A stretch of DNA of 64,000 bases from an uncultured Acidobacteriota bacterium (GTDB lineage: Bacteria; Acidobacteriota; Thermoanaerobaculia; Gp7-AA8). Each line of letters opens with the position of its first letter. The first letter of the stretch is position 1. The stretch lies in the NCBI GenBank assembly GCA_963741955.1, contig CAVUKB010000010.1, positions 416,001 to 480,000 of the forward strand, in the 5' to 3' direction. A program made the position numbers and the translations under genes. Below the pieces are notes generated by a model, which was not told where the DNA came from, made no database searches, and saw only the letters and a program-made list of their open reading frames with translations. Shown piece after piece: positions 1 through 11,263 of this stretch.

Positions 1-1
1 C

Positions 2-139
2 AACATGATGGAACGGATGCGCGAGATCGCGGAAGTCAACCGCGGCTCGGCCGCCGAGATGGCCGACTCGATCTCGCTGCTGAACGAAGCGATGCGATCA
101 TTGGAAGAGGAAGTGCGGCGCTTCCGGATCCGCAGCTGA
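2..139 (+). CDS. 3' end of a probable methyl-accepting chemotaxis protein (partial)
   Basis: Open frame from the window edge, NMMERMREIAEVNRGSAAEMADSISLLNEAMRSLEEEVRRFRIRS*, resembles an MCP C-terminus. It lies directly upstream of cheW. Confidence 0.6.
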   Translation, partial: NMMERMREIAEVNRGSAAEMADSISLLNEAMRSLEEEVRRFRIRS

Positions 140-160
140 GTCGCCGGCAGGCGAGAGATC

Positions 161-667
161 ATGGCCACGCGCGCGAACCAGTCCACGACCGCAGACGCTT
201 CGAGGGCGGTCCGCCTGATCAGCTTCAAGGTGGCGGACGAGTTGTTCGTGATCGACATCATGGCCCTCCGCCAGATCATTCCGTACCAGAGGACCACTCC
301 GGTGCCGAAGGCTCCCGAGTTCATCGAAGGAATCATCGTCCTCCGCAACGAGGTGATCCCGGTGATCGATCTTCGCGAACGACTCTTTCCGGAGAGCCCG
401 CGAGGCGTCGAGACGAGCCTGGTGCTCGTCACCCGGACCTCCGAAGGAGTGATCGGGATGCGGATCGACCAGGTGCACCGGATTCTGAACGTGAATCTCG
501 ACGCGATCCTCCCCTCGCCGGAGATCATCCGGGGGCTGGCAGGAGAACTGTTCGTCGGCGTGATCCGGATGGAAGACGAGGTCTATCTCGTTCTGGACAT
601 CGAGGCGATCCTCTCCACCGAAGAGAAGATCTCTCTTCGGAATGCGGACCTGACCCCCGAGGAGTGA
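161..667 (+). CDS. cheW: Chemotaxis coupling protein CheW
   Basis: Motifs TPVPKAPEFIEGIIVLRNEVIPVIDLR and YLVLDIEAIL are typical of CheW. Confidence 0.9.
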   Translation: MATRANQSTTADASRAVRLISFKVADELFVIDIMALRQIIPYQRTTPVPKAPEFIEGIIVLRNEVIPVIDLRERLFPESPRGVETSLVLVTRTSEGVIGMRIDQVHRILNVNLDAILPSPEIIRGLAGELFVGVIRMEDEVYLVLDIEAILSTEEKISLRNADLTPEE

Positions 668-799
668 GTTCTTCCACGTGCCCGCACCTCCGTCCGCTCG
701 ATGCTTCCGATGAAGTGGTCGCGATCGGCCGAGGGGCGGAAACGATTTTCTGAAGCTCGAGACTACCCACTCAATCCAACTCCGTTTATTCTGTCGGCC

Positions 800-1807
800 A
801 TGTCCGCACGCACCCGACTCCTCGAGATCGTCGACGCCATGAAGGGACGCCTGGTCATCGTCTACGGTGACATCGTCGCGGACCGTTTCATCTACGGCAC
901 TCCGAAGCGCATCTCCCGGGAGGCGCCGGTGCTGATTCTCCGGCAGTATCGTGACGACCTTCTCCTCGGCGGGGCAGGCAATGCGATCAACAACATCTTT
1001 TCTCTCGGCGGCGTCCCGATTCCGATCTCCGTGCTGGGAAAGGACGAAGCGGGCGACGCCCTGGTGCGCCGGCTGACCGAAGAAGGGGTCGACTGCAGCG
1101 GAATCCTCCGGGCGGACCGCTACCGTACACCGACCAAGATCCGGGTGCTCGGCGGGATGCCGCACTCGGCCCGTCAGCAGATCGTGCGATACGACATCGA
1201 GGAATCGATCGCCCTGAGCGACGAAGAGCAGGATCGGTTCGGGTGGATCCTTCGCGATCAGCTCGCGATCGCACATGCGGCGCTGATCTCGGACTACGGA
1301 TATGGAACGGTCACTCCTTCGCTGGTGGCGAACCTGACCGGGTTCGCACGCGGAAGGCCGGTCACACTCGACTCCCGCTTCGACCTTCTCCGCTATCCGG
1401 ACGTCACCGCAGCGACTCCCAATGAAGAAGAAGCGGCAGCGGCTGCCGGTCTGTCGCTCTACGAGGGGCCGGAGGAAGAGACGCTCACCGCGGTCGGCGA
1501 GGCGCTGCGGGGAGCGCTCGACGCCGAGGCGATTCTGATCACGAGGGGATCGAGAGGGATGGCGCTGTTCGAGCGCGGACGTGCGGAGCCGATGCTGATC
1601 CCGGTGTGGGGAACCAACCAGGTCGCCGACGTCACGGGCGCGGGCGACACGGTGATCGCGACGTTCACTCTCGCCCTGTCCGCCGGCGCTTCATTCGAAG
1701 AAGCCGCGAGGCTGGCGAATTTCGCCGGCGGAATCGTGGTGATGAAGATGGGGACGGCGACCGTCTCCGCCGACGAGCTGCGTCGTGCGGTGGAAAGCTC
1801 GGACTGA
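800..1807 (+). CDS. hldA: D-glycero-beta-D-manno-heptose-7-phosphate kinase (RfaE domain I / HldA, PfkB family)
   Basis: Motifs RISREAPV, LGGAGNA and DVTGAGDTV. Start placed at ATG 800. Confidence 0.9.
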   Translation: MSARTRLLEIVDAMKGRLVIVYGDIVADRFIYGTPKRISREAPVLILRQYRDDLLLGGAGNAINNIFSLGGVPIPISVLGKDEAGDALVRRLTEEGVDCSGILRADRYRTPTKIRVLGGMPHSARQQIVRYDIEESIALSDEEQDRFGWILRDQLAIAHAALISDYGYGTVTPSLVANLTGFARGRPVTLDSRFDLLRYPDVTAATPNEEEAAAAAGLSLYEGPEEETLTAVGEALRGALDAEAILITRGSRGMALFERGRAEPMLIPVWGTNQVADVTGAGDTVIATFTLALSAGASFEEAARLANFAGGIVVMKMGTATVSADELRRAVESSD

Positions 1808-1895
1808 CCCGCGACTCGGGGACGTCGACTGGAGCTCGTGCGCGTCCGTGGTGGGGGCGGCAGGCTGGAATCGGGTGGATCCGGAGGAAGGGAGA

Positions 1896-2396
1896 ATGGA
1901 GCAGAGACGGGTGATCCTGCCGGGAAGGGTGGTCGGGATCGAGCAGCTGGTAGCGTCGGTGCAGCAGGAGCGACGGAGCGGGAAGAGCATCGCTCTGGCG
2001 AACGGATGCTTCGATCTTCTCCACGTCGGACACGTGCGATATCTGCTCGCGGCTGCAGCAGTGGCCGACCTCCTGGTGGTTGCGGTGAACGGCGACGAGT
2101 CGGTGCGGCTCCTGAAGGGAGAAGGGCGGCCGCTGGCGCCGGAGCTCGAGCGGGCCGAGCTCGTGGCGTCGATCCGTGGCGTCGATTTCGTGACCATCTT
2201 CCACGACTCCACGGTGGGGCCCCTGATTGAAAGACTGCGACCCGATCTGCAGTGCAAAGGAACGGACTACACCGCCGACACTGTCCCCGAAGCAGCGCTG
2301 GTTCGCTCCTACGGAGGTGAGGTGGTGATCGTCGGCGACCCGAAGGACCATTCGACCTCCGATCTGGTCGAGAAACTCCGGCGGTCCGGCTCGTGA
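1896..2396 (+). CDS. hldC: D-glycero-beta-D-manno-heptose-1-phosphate adenylyltransferase (RfaE domain II / HldC)
   Basis: Motifs NGCFDLLHVGHVRYL, KGTDY and HSTS. Purine-rich RBS before ATG 1896. Confidence 0.9.
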   Translation: MEQRRVILPGRVVGIEQLVASVQQERRSGKSIALANGCFDLLHVGHVRYLLAAAAVADLLVVAVNGDESVRLLKGEGRPLAPELERAELVASIRGVDFVTIFHDSTVGPLIERLRPDLQCKGTDYTADTVPEAALVRSYGGEVVIVGDPKDHSTSDLVEKLRRSGS

Positions 2397-3418
2397 CTGC
2401 CGGCGCGGACCCGATCCTCGTGTTCCGTCTCTCGGCTCTGGGAGACGTCATCCACACGCTTCCGGCGGTGATGCTCCTCCGCCAGGCAGTCGGAGAAGAG
2501 CGGAGCATCGGGTGGGTGGTGGAAGCGCCGTACCGCGATCTCCTGGAACAGGTCGCGCCGGTCGACCTCGTCATCGCCACTGCCACGAAACGCTGGCGGC
2601 GCGACTGGAGCTCTTCAGTGACCCGTGCCGAGATCTCGCTGATGCGGGAAGAGATGCGCCACTTCTCCCGGCGGGGAACTTCGATCGATTTTCAGGGGCT
2701 GCTGAAGTCGGCCGCGCTGGCGTGGCTCTCCGGCGCAACGACGAGAATCGGCTTCGACCGGCGTTCCGCGCGGGAGGGGGTGAGTGCGCTCCTGAACAAC
2801 CGCAGAGTGCCGGCTTCGGATGCGGAACACGTGGTGGAAAAGAACATCCGCCTCCTCTCGGCTCTCGGCATCGAGCATCACGGTCCCGCACCGGCGCTCG
2901 ACTGGAGCGGGTATCCGCGCGACCGGGATGGAACGCTCGCACTCGTCTCGGATCGTGCCACGGCGATTCTCTTTCCGGGAGCGGGAAGGCCGGAGAAGCT
3001 CTGGGGCGCGGAGTCGTTCGCCATCGTGGCGAAGGAGATCCGCAGTCGTTTCGGAATACGGTCCGTCGTGGTATGGGGGCCGGGAGAGAGGGAATTGGCA
3101 GCGGAAGTCGTTGCGCGGAGCGAAACTGCAGAACTGGCCCCCGCGACGAATCTGCGGGAGCTGGCGTGGATCCTGAGGCACGCGCGCCTGGTGGTGGCCG
3201 GAGACACCGGACCGCTGCATCTCGCAGACGCACTCGGAACGGACGTGGTCGGGATCTACGGTCCGACCGATCCGGTGAGGAATGGTCCGTACCACCAGGT
3301 GGAGCGATGCGTCGAATCGTGGTCGACCACGCGCGACATCCGCAGTGTCTCGCCGGAAGCGGTTCTGACCCGGATTGGAGAAGTGCTGACGCGAGATCCG
3401 GGGTCGCTGAGGAAGTGA
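2393..3418 (+). CDS. waaC: Lipopolysaccharide heptosyltransferase (GT9, WaaC-like)
   Basis: Motifs RLSALGDVIHTLP, IDFQGLLKSA, GDTGPLHLA and YGPTDP. Operonic with the heptose genes. Confidence 0.8.
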   Translation: MTAGADPILVFRLSALGDVIHTLPAVMLLRQAVGEERSIGWVVEAPYRDLLEQVAPVDLVIATATKRWRRDWSSSVTRAEISLMREEMRHFSRRGTSIDFQGLLKSAALAWLSGATTRIGFDRRSAREGVSALLNNRRVPASDAEHVVEKNIRLLSALGIEHHGPAPALDWSGYPRDRDGTLALVSDRATAILFPGAGRPEKLWGAESFAIVAKEIRSRFGIRSVVVWGPGERELAAEVVARSETAELAPATNLRELAWILRHARLVVAGDTGPLHLADALGTDVVGIYGPTDPVRNGPYHQVERCVESWSTTRDIRSVSPEAVLTRIGEVLTRDPGSLRK

Positions 3419-3566
3419 TTCTGTGATTGCGGAGGGCGTGGCCGGTGGCGGAGAGGAGAATGCCGCACGAGGGTCGCAGAGGGAGATCGCCGGTCGAGCA
3501 TACGGAAATGCGCTTCCCCGGCGGGCTGTTCTCGTGTGATACTTACGAATAACTTTCACCGCGTCG

Positions 3567-3596
3567 TTGACGTGATTTTCGGCGCGATGCTAGACT
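3567..3596 (+). promoter_or_regulatory. Candidate sigma70 promoter for the pil operon
   Basis: TTGACG-N18-TAGACT with an extended -10 TG, ~180 bp upstream of pilB. Confidence 0.45.
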
Positions 3597-3776
3597 TCAA
3601 ATCGGGAAAAGGTCTCTAAGTTCCTCAGATCACGCATCATGTTCAAGCCCGGACCATTCGCGGCCGTACGCAGCAGACTTGCCGCGAGAGTATTCGGGCG
3701 ATGTTGAGCCCGGCGCGGAGAACGGGTTCATCAACCTCTCTTCTCCGAGCGTGAAGGGCGCTGGAGTTCACAACGG

Positions 3777-5492
<1,716 letters not shown>

Positions 5493-5539
5493 CCGGTTCA
5501 TGACGCGCGTGCTTTTTTCTCTCATGGAGTGATCCGAAA

Positions 5540-6670
5540 ATGGCTCAGGTGACGCTGCATCAGCTCCTCAAGACGATGGTCGAGCGCGGAGGCTCCGATC
5601 TCCACATCACCACCAACTCTCCGCCTCAGATCCGGATCGACGGCAAGCTCGTACCGCTCGACATCCCGCCTCTCTCCGCTCCGGAGACGAAACAGCTCTC
5701 GTATTCGGTTCTCACCGACGCGCAGAAGCACCGGCTGGAGGAGGACCTGGAGCTCGACCTCTCGTTCGGCATTAAGGGACTGGCGCGGTTCCGGGCGAAC
5801 GTGTTCAACCAGAGGGGAGCCGTCGCGGCGGTCTATCGGCAGATTCCCTACGAGATCCTCGGATTCAAGGAGCTGGGTCTCCCTCAGGTGGTCGAGGAGA
5901 TCTGCAACAAACCCCGCGGCCTCGTGCTGGTCACCGGGCCGACCGGATCGGGGAAGTCGACCACTCTCGCGGCGATGATCGACAAGATCAACCGCGAGCG
6001 CCACGAGCACATCATCACCATCGAAGACCCGGTCGAGTTCCTCCACTCTCACAAGAGCTGCGTGGTGAACCAGCGGGAGCTCCACGCCGACACCCATTCG
6101 TTCGCGAACGCGCTCAAGAGCGCGCTCCGTCAGGATCCCGACGTGGTGCTCATCGGCGAGATGCGCGACCTCGAGACGATCGAATCGGCGCTCCGGATCG
6201 CGGAGACCGGCCACCTGACGTTCGGCACTCTGCACACCAACTCCGCCGCCCAGACCATCAACCGTATCGTCGACGTCTTCCCGGCTCACCAGCAGCCGCA
6301 GATCCGGGCCCAGCTCTCGTTCGTGCTGGAAGGCATCCTCTGCCAGTCGCTGCTGCCGCGTGCGAACGGGAAAGGACGGGTCATGGCCATGGAGATCCTG
6401 ATTCCGAACGCGGCGATCAGGAACCTGATTCGAGAAGACAAGGTGCACCAGATCTACAGCATGATGCAGACGGGGCAGGCGAAGTACGGGATGCAGACGT
6501 TCAATCAATCGCTTGCGACGCTTTACTTCCGCAAGCAGATCACGCTGCAGATCGCGCTCAGCCGTTCGTCCAATCCCGATGAATTGCAGGAAATGATCTC
6601 CCGCGGAGCAGGGGCCTTGCAGGCGCCCTCTGTCCCACCGGTGGGAGCGAGTCGCCCGCGGCCCTCGTGA
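5540..6670 (+). CDS. pilT: Type IV pilus retraction ATPase PilT
   Basis: Motifs GPTGSGKST, RQDPDV, AIRNLIRE and GMQTF. Confidence 0.95.
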   Translation: MAQVTLHQLLKTMVERGGSDLHITTNSPPQIRIDGKLVPLDIPPLSAPETKQLSYSVLTDAQKHRLEEDLELDLSFGIKGLARFRANVFNQRGAVAAVYRQIPYEILGFKELGLPQVVEEICNKPRGLVLVTGPTGSGKSTTLAAMIDKINRERHEHIITIEDPVEFLHSHKSCVVNQRELHADTHSFANALKSALRQDPDVVLIGEMRDLETIESALRIAETGHLTFGTLHTNSAAQTINRIVDVFPAHQQPQIRAQLSFVLEGILCQSLLPRANGKGRVMAMEILIPNAAIRNLIREDKVHQIYSMMQTGQAKYGMQTFNQSLATLYFRKQITLQIALSRSSNPDELQEMISRGAGALQAPSVPPVGASRPRPS

Positions 6671-6702
6671 TTCGAGAAGCCGCTTACCCTTGGAGGTGAG
6701 GA

Positions 6703-7905
6703 ATGCCCAGTTTCGAATGGAAGGGGAGGGGACGGTCGGGTCAGGACCAGACAGGGGTCCTGGTTGCCGATTCGAAGGAAGCCGCGATCGCCATGCTGCG
6801 ACGGCAGCAGATCGTCGTGACCGCGGTGAAAGAGAAAGGGAAGGAGATCGCGCTTCGGAAGTTCGGCGGCAGGGTTCCGCCCCAGCTCGTGGCGATCTTC
6901 ACCCGCCAGTTCTCGGTCATGATCGATGCCGGTCTCCCTCTGGTGCAGTGTCTGGAGATTCTCGGCAGTCAGCAGGAGAACAAGGCGTTCAAGCGTTCGA
7001 TGCTGCAGATCCGCCAGGATGTGGAATCCGGATCGAGCCTCGCCGACGCAATGCGCAAGCATCCGAAGGTCTTCAATGACCTCTACACCAACATGGTGGC
7101 TGCCGGCGAAGCAGGCGGTATTCTCGACACGATCCTGCAGCGTCTCGCCGTGTACATTGAAAAGTCGGTCAAGCTCACCTCCCAGGTCAAGTCGGCCATG
7201 ATTTACCCGGTGTCGGTCATCTCGATCGCCGTCCTGGTCGTCGCGATCATTCTGTGGAAGGTCATCCCGGTGTTCGCCTCCCTCTTCAAGGGTCTCGGCG
7301 CCGAGCTGCCTCTCCCGACCGTGGTGGTCATTGCGCTTTCGAACTTCATCGCCGATTTCTGGTGGCTGATCGCCCTGGTGATCATCGCAACGGTCGTCTT
7401 CCTGCGTAAATACCACGACACCTACAAGGGACGGCGGGTGCTCGACGGAATCCTGCTGAAGGTGCCGGTTCTCGGAATGCTCCTTCGCAAGATCGCCGTG
7501 GCCCGGTTCTGCCGTACTCTGGCCACCCTGACCAGCTCCGGCGTTCCCATCCTCGACGGCCTGGAGATCACCGCGAAAACGTCTGGAAACGCGATCGTCG
7601 AAGACGGGATCATGGCCACCCGGAAGTCCGTCGAAGAAGGAAAGACGATTGCCGAGCCGCTCGGCGATACCGACGTTTTCCCTGCGATGGTCGTCCAGAT
7701 GATCGGAGTCGGTGAGCAGACCGGTGCCCTCGATGCGATGCTCTCGAAGATCGCCGACTTCTACGAAGACGAGGTCGACACGGCGGTCGCTGGTCTGATG
7801 AAGCTCCTCGAGCCGGTGATGATCGCATTCCTCGGAGTCGCGATCGGCGGCATCGTCATCGCGATGTACATGCCGATGTTCTCGCTGATCGGCAAGGTCG
7901 GTTGA
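6703..7905 (+). CDS. pilC: Type IV pilus platform protein PilC (GspF family)
   Basis: Motifs FTRQFSVMIDAGLPL, GEAGGIL, GEQTGALD and LLEP. Confidence 0.95.
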   Translation: MPSFEWKGRGRSGQDQTGVLVADSKEAAIAMLRRQQIVVTAVKEKGKEIALRKFGGRVPPQLVAIFTRQFSVMIDAGLPLVQCLEILGSQQENKAFKRSMLQIRQDVESGSSLADAMRKHPKVFNDLYTNMVAAGEAGGILDTILQRLAVYIEKSVKLTSQVKSAMIYPVSVISIAVLVVAIILWKVIPVFASLFKGLGAELPLPTVVVIALSNFIADFWWLIALVIIATVVFLRKYHDTYKGRRVLDGILLKVPVLGMLLRKIAVARFCRTLATLTSSGVPILDGLEITAKTSGNAIVEDGIMATRKSVEEGKTIAEPLGDTDVFPAMVVQMIGVGEQTGALDAMLSKIADFYEDEVDTAVAGLMKLLEPVMIAFLGVAIGGIVIAMYMPMFSLIGKVG

Positions 7906-7912
7906 TCCGCGC

Positions 7913-7947
7913 GAAAGGGAGGGGGCCGGCTGGCCCTCTCCCTTTCG
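7913..7947 (+). terminator. Stem-loop between pilC and pilS
   Basis: gaaagggagggggcc / ggccctctccctttc inverted repeat. Confidence 0.45.
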
Positions 7948-7971
7948 TGATCTTCCTCTCCCCACCCCGAA

Positions 7972-9645
7972 ATGCACTCGCTCCACTCAGACGTACGAAG
8001 ATTGATCGCGGTACGCGTCGTCGTGGTGACGACGCTCCTGCTCGCAGCCCTCCTCATCCAGTTCGCCTCCGATCTCGAGATCCCGCTCGAGTTCGTCTAC
8101 GCGACCACTCTCCTCACGTTCGTTCTCTCCATCGGCTACATCATCTCCGGGAAACTGATCGAGAGCCGTGCCGCGAATCTCTACCTGCAGTTCGGGGGCG
8201 ATCTCTTCATCGAGACTCTGCTCGTCTATTTCACCGGCGGCCTCGACTCGCCGTTCTCGTTCCTTTATCTGGTCACCATCATCACCGCGTCGATGATGCT
8301 CTATCGACGCGGCGGTCTCTTCGTCGCTTCCGGAGCGGTGATCCTCTACGGCGGCCTCGCGGACCTGATGTACTACCATGTGGTCCCCCTGCCACCTCAG
8401 AGTGTCTTTTCTCCCAGCCCCTGGAGCTCGGCCCGGCTCTATCTCAACATGGCCGCGAACTTCGCCGGGTTTTATGCGACCGCGCTCCTCACCGCCTACG
8501 TCTCGGAGCAGTTGCGGGTCACGTTCCGCGAGCTCGACGTCAACCGCGAGAGCCTGGCGCGACTGCAGGCGCTCAGCCAGAACGTGATCGAGTCGATTCC
8601 GTCCGGTCTGGTCACCATGACCACCGAGGGAATCGTCGCGTTCGTCAATCCCGCCGGCGCCGCGATTCTGGGGATCGAGGCCGCATCCCTGGTCGGAACA
8701 CACGTGACCGAGTGCGGCATCTGGTCACTCGCCGAATGGTCCGCGATTCGGCAACGTCTCGATCGGGAGGGGGTGCTCCGCGAAGAATCGACTTATGAGC
8801 ACGCCGGTGAGATGCACACGGTGGGCTTTGCCGTGACCCCGCTCCGCTCCGCTGATGGAGCCCTATACGGGCTGACGCTGATCTTTCAGGATCTCACCGA
8901 AATGAAGAAGCTCGAGGAGCAGCTTCGGCTGAAAGACAGGATGGCGGCGGTCGGCGAGCTGTCGGCCGGAATTGCACACGAGATTCGGAACCCGCTCACC
9001 GCGATCGCCGGATCGGTTCAGGTGCTGCGGACCTCCACCCACCTCCAACCCGCCGAACAGCGGTTGATGTCGATCATCCTCAAGGAATCCGAGAGGTTGG
9101 AGAAATCGATCGCGGAGTTTCTCCGTTTCGTCCGGCCGCACGAGCGATGCCCTGCGGAGTTCGACGTTGCGAGCAGCCTCACCGAGACCCTCGAACTTCT
9201 GGCGAACTCCTCCGAGCTGAAGCCGCGCCACGAGATCGTGCGCGAGATCGATCCACCATCTTTCTTCATCGTTGCCGATGCTGATCAGATTCGCCAGGTG
9301 TTCTGGAATATCGCGCGAAACGCCGTCCACGCCATGCAGGAGGGGGGCGTGCTCCACGTCTCCACGACCGTCGGGAGAGAGTTCTACCGGATCACCTTTG
9401 CCGACGAAGGGATCGGAATGTCTCCGGCCGAGCGCAAGAATCTCTTTCAGCCGTTTCGCACGAACTTTCCTTCGGGAACGGGGCTCGGAATGGCGATCTC
9501 TTATCGCATCGTGCAGGAGCACGGAGGCCGGATCGAGATCGAGTCCACCCCCGGCGCCGGCACCAGGATCACGGTCGCGCTCCCGATCGCGCCGCGGGGA
9601 GGGACGATCCGCTCCGTCGGGGTCCGTGTGGTCTCGGGCGATTGA
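7972..9645 (+). CDS. pilS: PilS-like membrane sensor histidine kinase with PAS domain
   Basis: Multi-TM N-terminus (TGGLDSPFSFLY), PAS domain, H-box AHEIRNPL, G2 box GTGLG. Follows pilC. Confidence 0.85.
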   Translation: MHSLHSDVRRLIAVRVVVVTTLLLAALLIQFASDLEIPLEFVYATTLLTFVLSIGYIISGKLIESRAANLYLQFGGDLFIETLLVYFTGGLDSPFSFLYLVTIITASMMLYRRGGLFVASGAVILYGGLADLMYYHVVPLPPQSVFSPSPWSSARLYLNMAANFAGFYATALLTAYVSEQLRVTFRELDVNRESLARLQALSQNVIESIPSGLVTMTTEGIVAFVNPAGAAILGIEAASLVGTHVTECGIWSLAEWSAIRQRLDREGVLREESTYEHAGEMHTVGFAVTPLRSADGALYGLTLIFQDLTEMKKLEEQLRLKDRMAAVGELSAGIAHEIRNPLTAIAGSVQVLRTSTHLQPAEQRLMSIILKESERLEKSIAEFLRFVRPHERCPAEFDVASSLTETLELLANSSELKPRHEIVREIDPPSFFIVADADQIRQVFWNIARNAVHAMQEGGVLHVSTTVGREFYRITFADEGIGMSPAERKNLFQPFRTNFPSGTGLGMAISYRIVQEHGGRIEIESTPGAGTRITVALPIAPRGGTIRSVGVRVVSGD

Positions 9646-9661
9646 CCACGTCCCGCTCTCT

Positions 9662-10696
9662 TCAGAAAAGCCGGTCCTGATTTCGTCGTGCGCCGAGCGG
9701 ATACCCGAGGTGCTCGTAGGCGCTCTTGGAGGCCATCCGCCCGCGGGGCGTCCGTTGCAGAAAACCGATCTGGATCAGGTACGGTTCGTAGAGGTCCTCG
9801 ATGGTTCCCCGATCCTCGGAGATGGACGACGCGATGGCGCCGAGTCCCGCCGGTCCGCCGCCGAAACGCTCGATGATCGTCGACAGGAGCTTCCGGTCGA
9901 TCTCGTCGAGCCCGTACTCGTCGACTTCCAGCATCTGCAGCGCGCCGCGGGCCACCTCCTGATCGATGCGTCCATCGTGCTTCACTTCAGCGTAGTCACG
10001 AACCCGGCGGAGCAGCCGGTTCGCGATGCGCGGGGTTCCGCGCGACCGCCGCGCGATCTCGTGGGTCCCCTCCTCTTCGATGGGGATTCCGAGAATCTCC
10101 GCCGAGCGATCGACGATGACCGACAGTGAGCCGGCGTCGTAGAAGTCGAGTCGGTGGACGATTCCAAAGCGAGCGCGGAGAGGTGCAGTGAGGAGTCCGG
10201 CTCGGGTCGTCGCTCCGATCAGGGTGAATCGCGGGAGCTCGATCTTCACCGTTCTCGCGGAGGGCCCCTGGCCGATGATCACGTCGAGATTGAAGTCCTC
10301 CATCGCGGAGTAGAGGATCTCTTCGACCTGAGGCGAGAGGCGGTGGATCTCGTCGATGAAGAGAACCTCTCCCGCCTCGAGATTGGTGAGGATCGCCGCG
10401 AGGTCCCCCGGCTTTTCGATGACCGGTCCCGCAGTCGCCTTGATTCCGGCGCCCATCTCGTTGGCGATGATGTTGGCCAGAGTGGTCTTTCCGAGGCCGG
10501 GAGGACCGAACAGAAGAACGTGATCGAGCGTCTCGTGCCGGTTCCGGGCCGCCGTGATCGAGATCTCCAGGTTCTCTTTCACCTTCGTCTGCCCGATGTA
10601 TTCGCGGAGGTATTTCGGACGAAGGGAGAGCTCGATTCCGAGGTCGTCCTGGTCAGGCTCGGCGGAGAGGATCCGGTCTTCGGGCATCGGGGGCAT
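9662..10696 (-). CDS. ruvB: Holliday junction branch migration helicase RuvB
   Basis: Motifs [45 protein letters not shown] and RTPRGR. Confidence 0.97.
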   Translation of the reverse strand: MPPMPEDRILSAEPDQDDLGIELSLRPKYLREYIGQTKVKENLEISITAARNRHETLDHVLLFGPPGLGKTTLANIIANEMGAGIKATAGPVIEKPGDLAAILTNLEAGEVLFIDEIHRLSPQVEEILYSAMEDFNLDVIIGQGPSARTVKIELPRFTLIGATTRAGLLTAPLRARFGIVHRLDFYDAGSLSVIVDRSAEILGIPIEEEGTHEIARRSRGTPRIANRLLRRVRDYAEVKHDGRIDQEVARGALQMLEVDEYGLDEIDRKLLSTIIERFGGGPAGLGAIASSISEDRGTIEDLYEPYLIQIGFLQRTPRGRMASKSAYEHLGYPLGARRNQDRLF

Positions 10697-10702
10697 TGTA
10701 CA

Positions 10703-10744
10703 GCGAGAGGCGAGGGGCGAGAGGCGAGAGGCGAGAGGCGAGGG
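10703..10744. repeat. Heptamer tandem repeat (GAGGCGA)n
   Basis: About 5-6 copies visible directly. Confidence 0.8.
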
Positions 10745-11069
10745 TTATAGGGGTCGGGGGTCAGGGATCAGGGGCGGAAGGATCGACATTGAGGAGCTGA
10801 CTGCCGCGAATGCGCCAGAGGAATGCAGTATGCAGAGTCCAGAATGAACAACCGTTCGTAAGTCGCCCGCCCGATTCGCAAGGTCGTCCGCGAGAAAGCC
10901 AATGCCAGTGCCCGAGTACAGGGATGGGAGGCGAGGCCGGCGAGACGGGAGCAGGGTCAATGCGCCGCAATGGTTGTTCTGTCAATAGCGCTATCTCACG
11001 AATATTCGCCGCAAAAATCGCCAAAATCAGTCGATTATTCTGAATTATTCCGGAAAACAGAAATATTCT

Positions 11070-11263
11070 GCGTCTCGTCTCTCGCCTCTCGCCTCTCGCC
11101 TCTCGTTCCCCCCGAGCCTCGAGCCCCGCGTCTCTCGCCTCTCGTTCCCCCCGAGCCCCGAGCCTCGAGCCTCGAGCCCCGCGTCTCTCGCCTCTCGCCT
11201 CTCGCCTCTCGTTCCCCCCGAGCCCCGAGCCTCGAGCCTCGAGCCCCGCGTCTCTCGCCTCTC
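11070..11263. repeat. Mixed heptamer repeat tract (CCTCTCG / GAGCCTC / GAGCCCC) with higher-order blocks
   Basis: Visible directly. CCTCTCG is the reverse complement of the 10703 tract unit. Confidence 0.85.

Noticed and set aside
3600-3776. c-di-GMP riboswitch upstream of pilB
   Set aside because: GEMM consensus elements are not recognisable.
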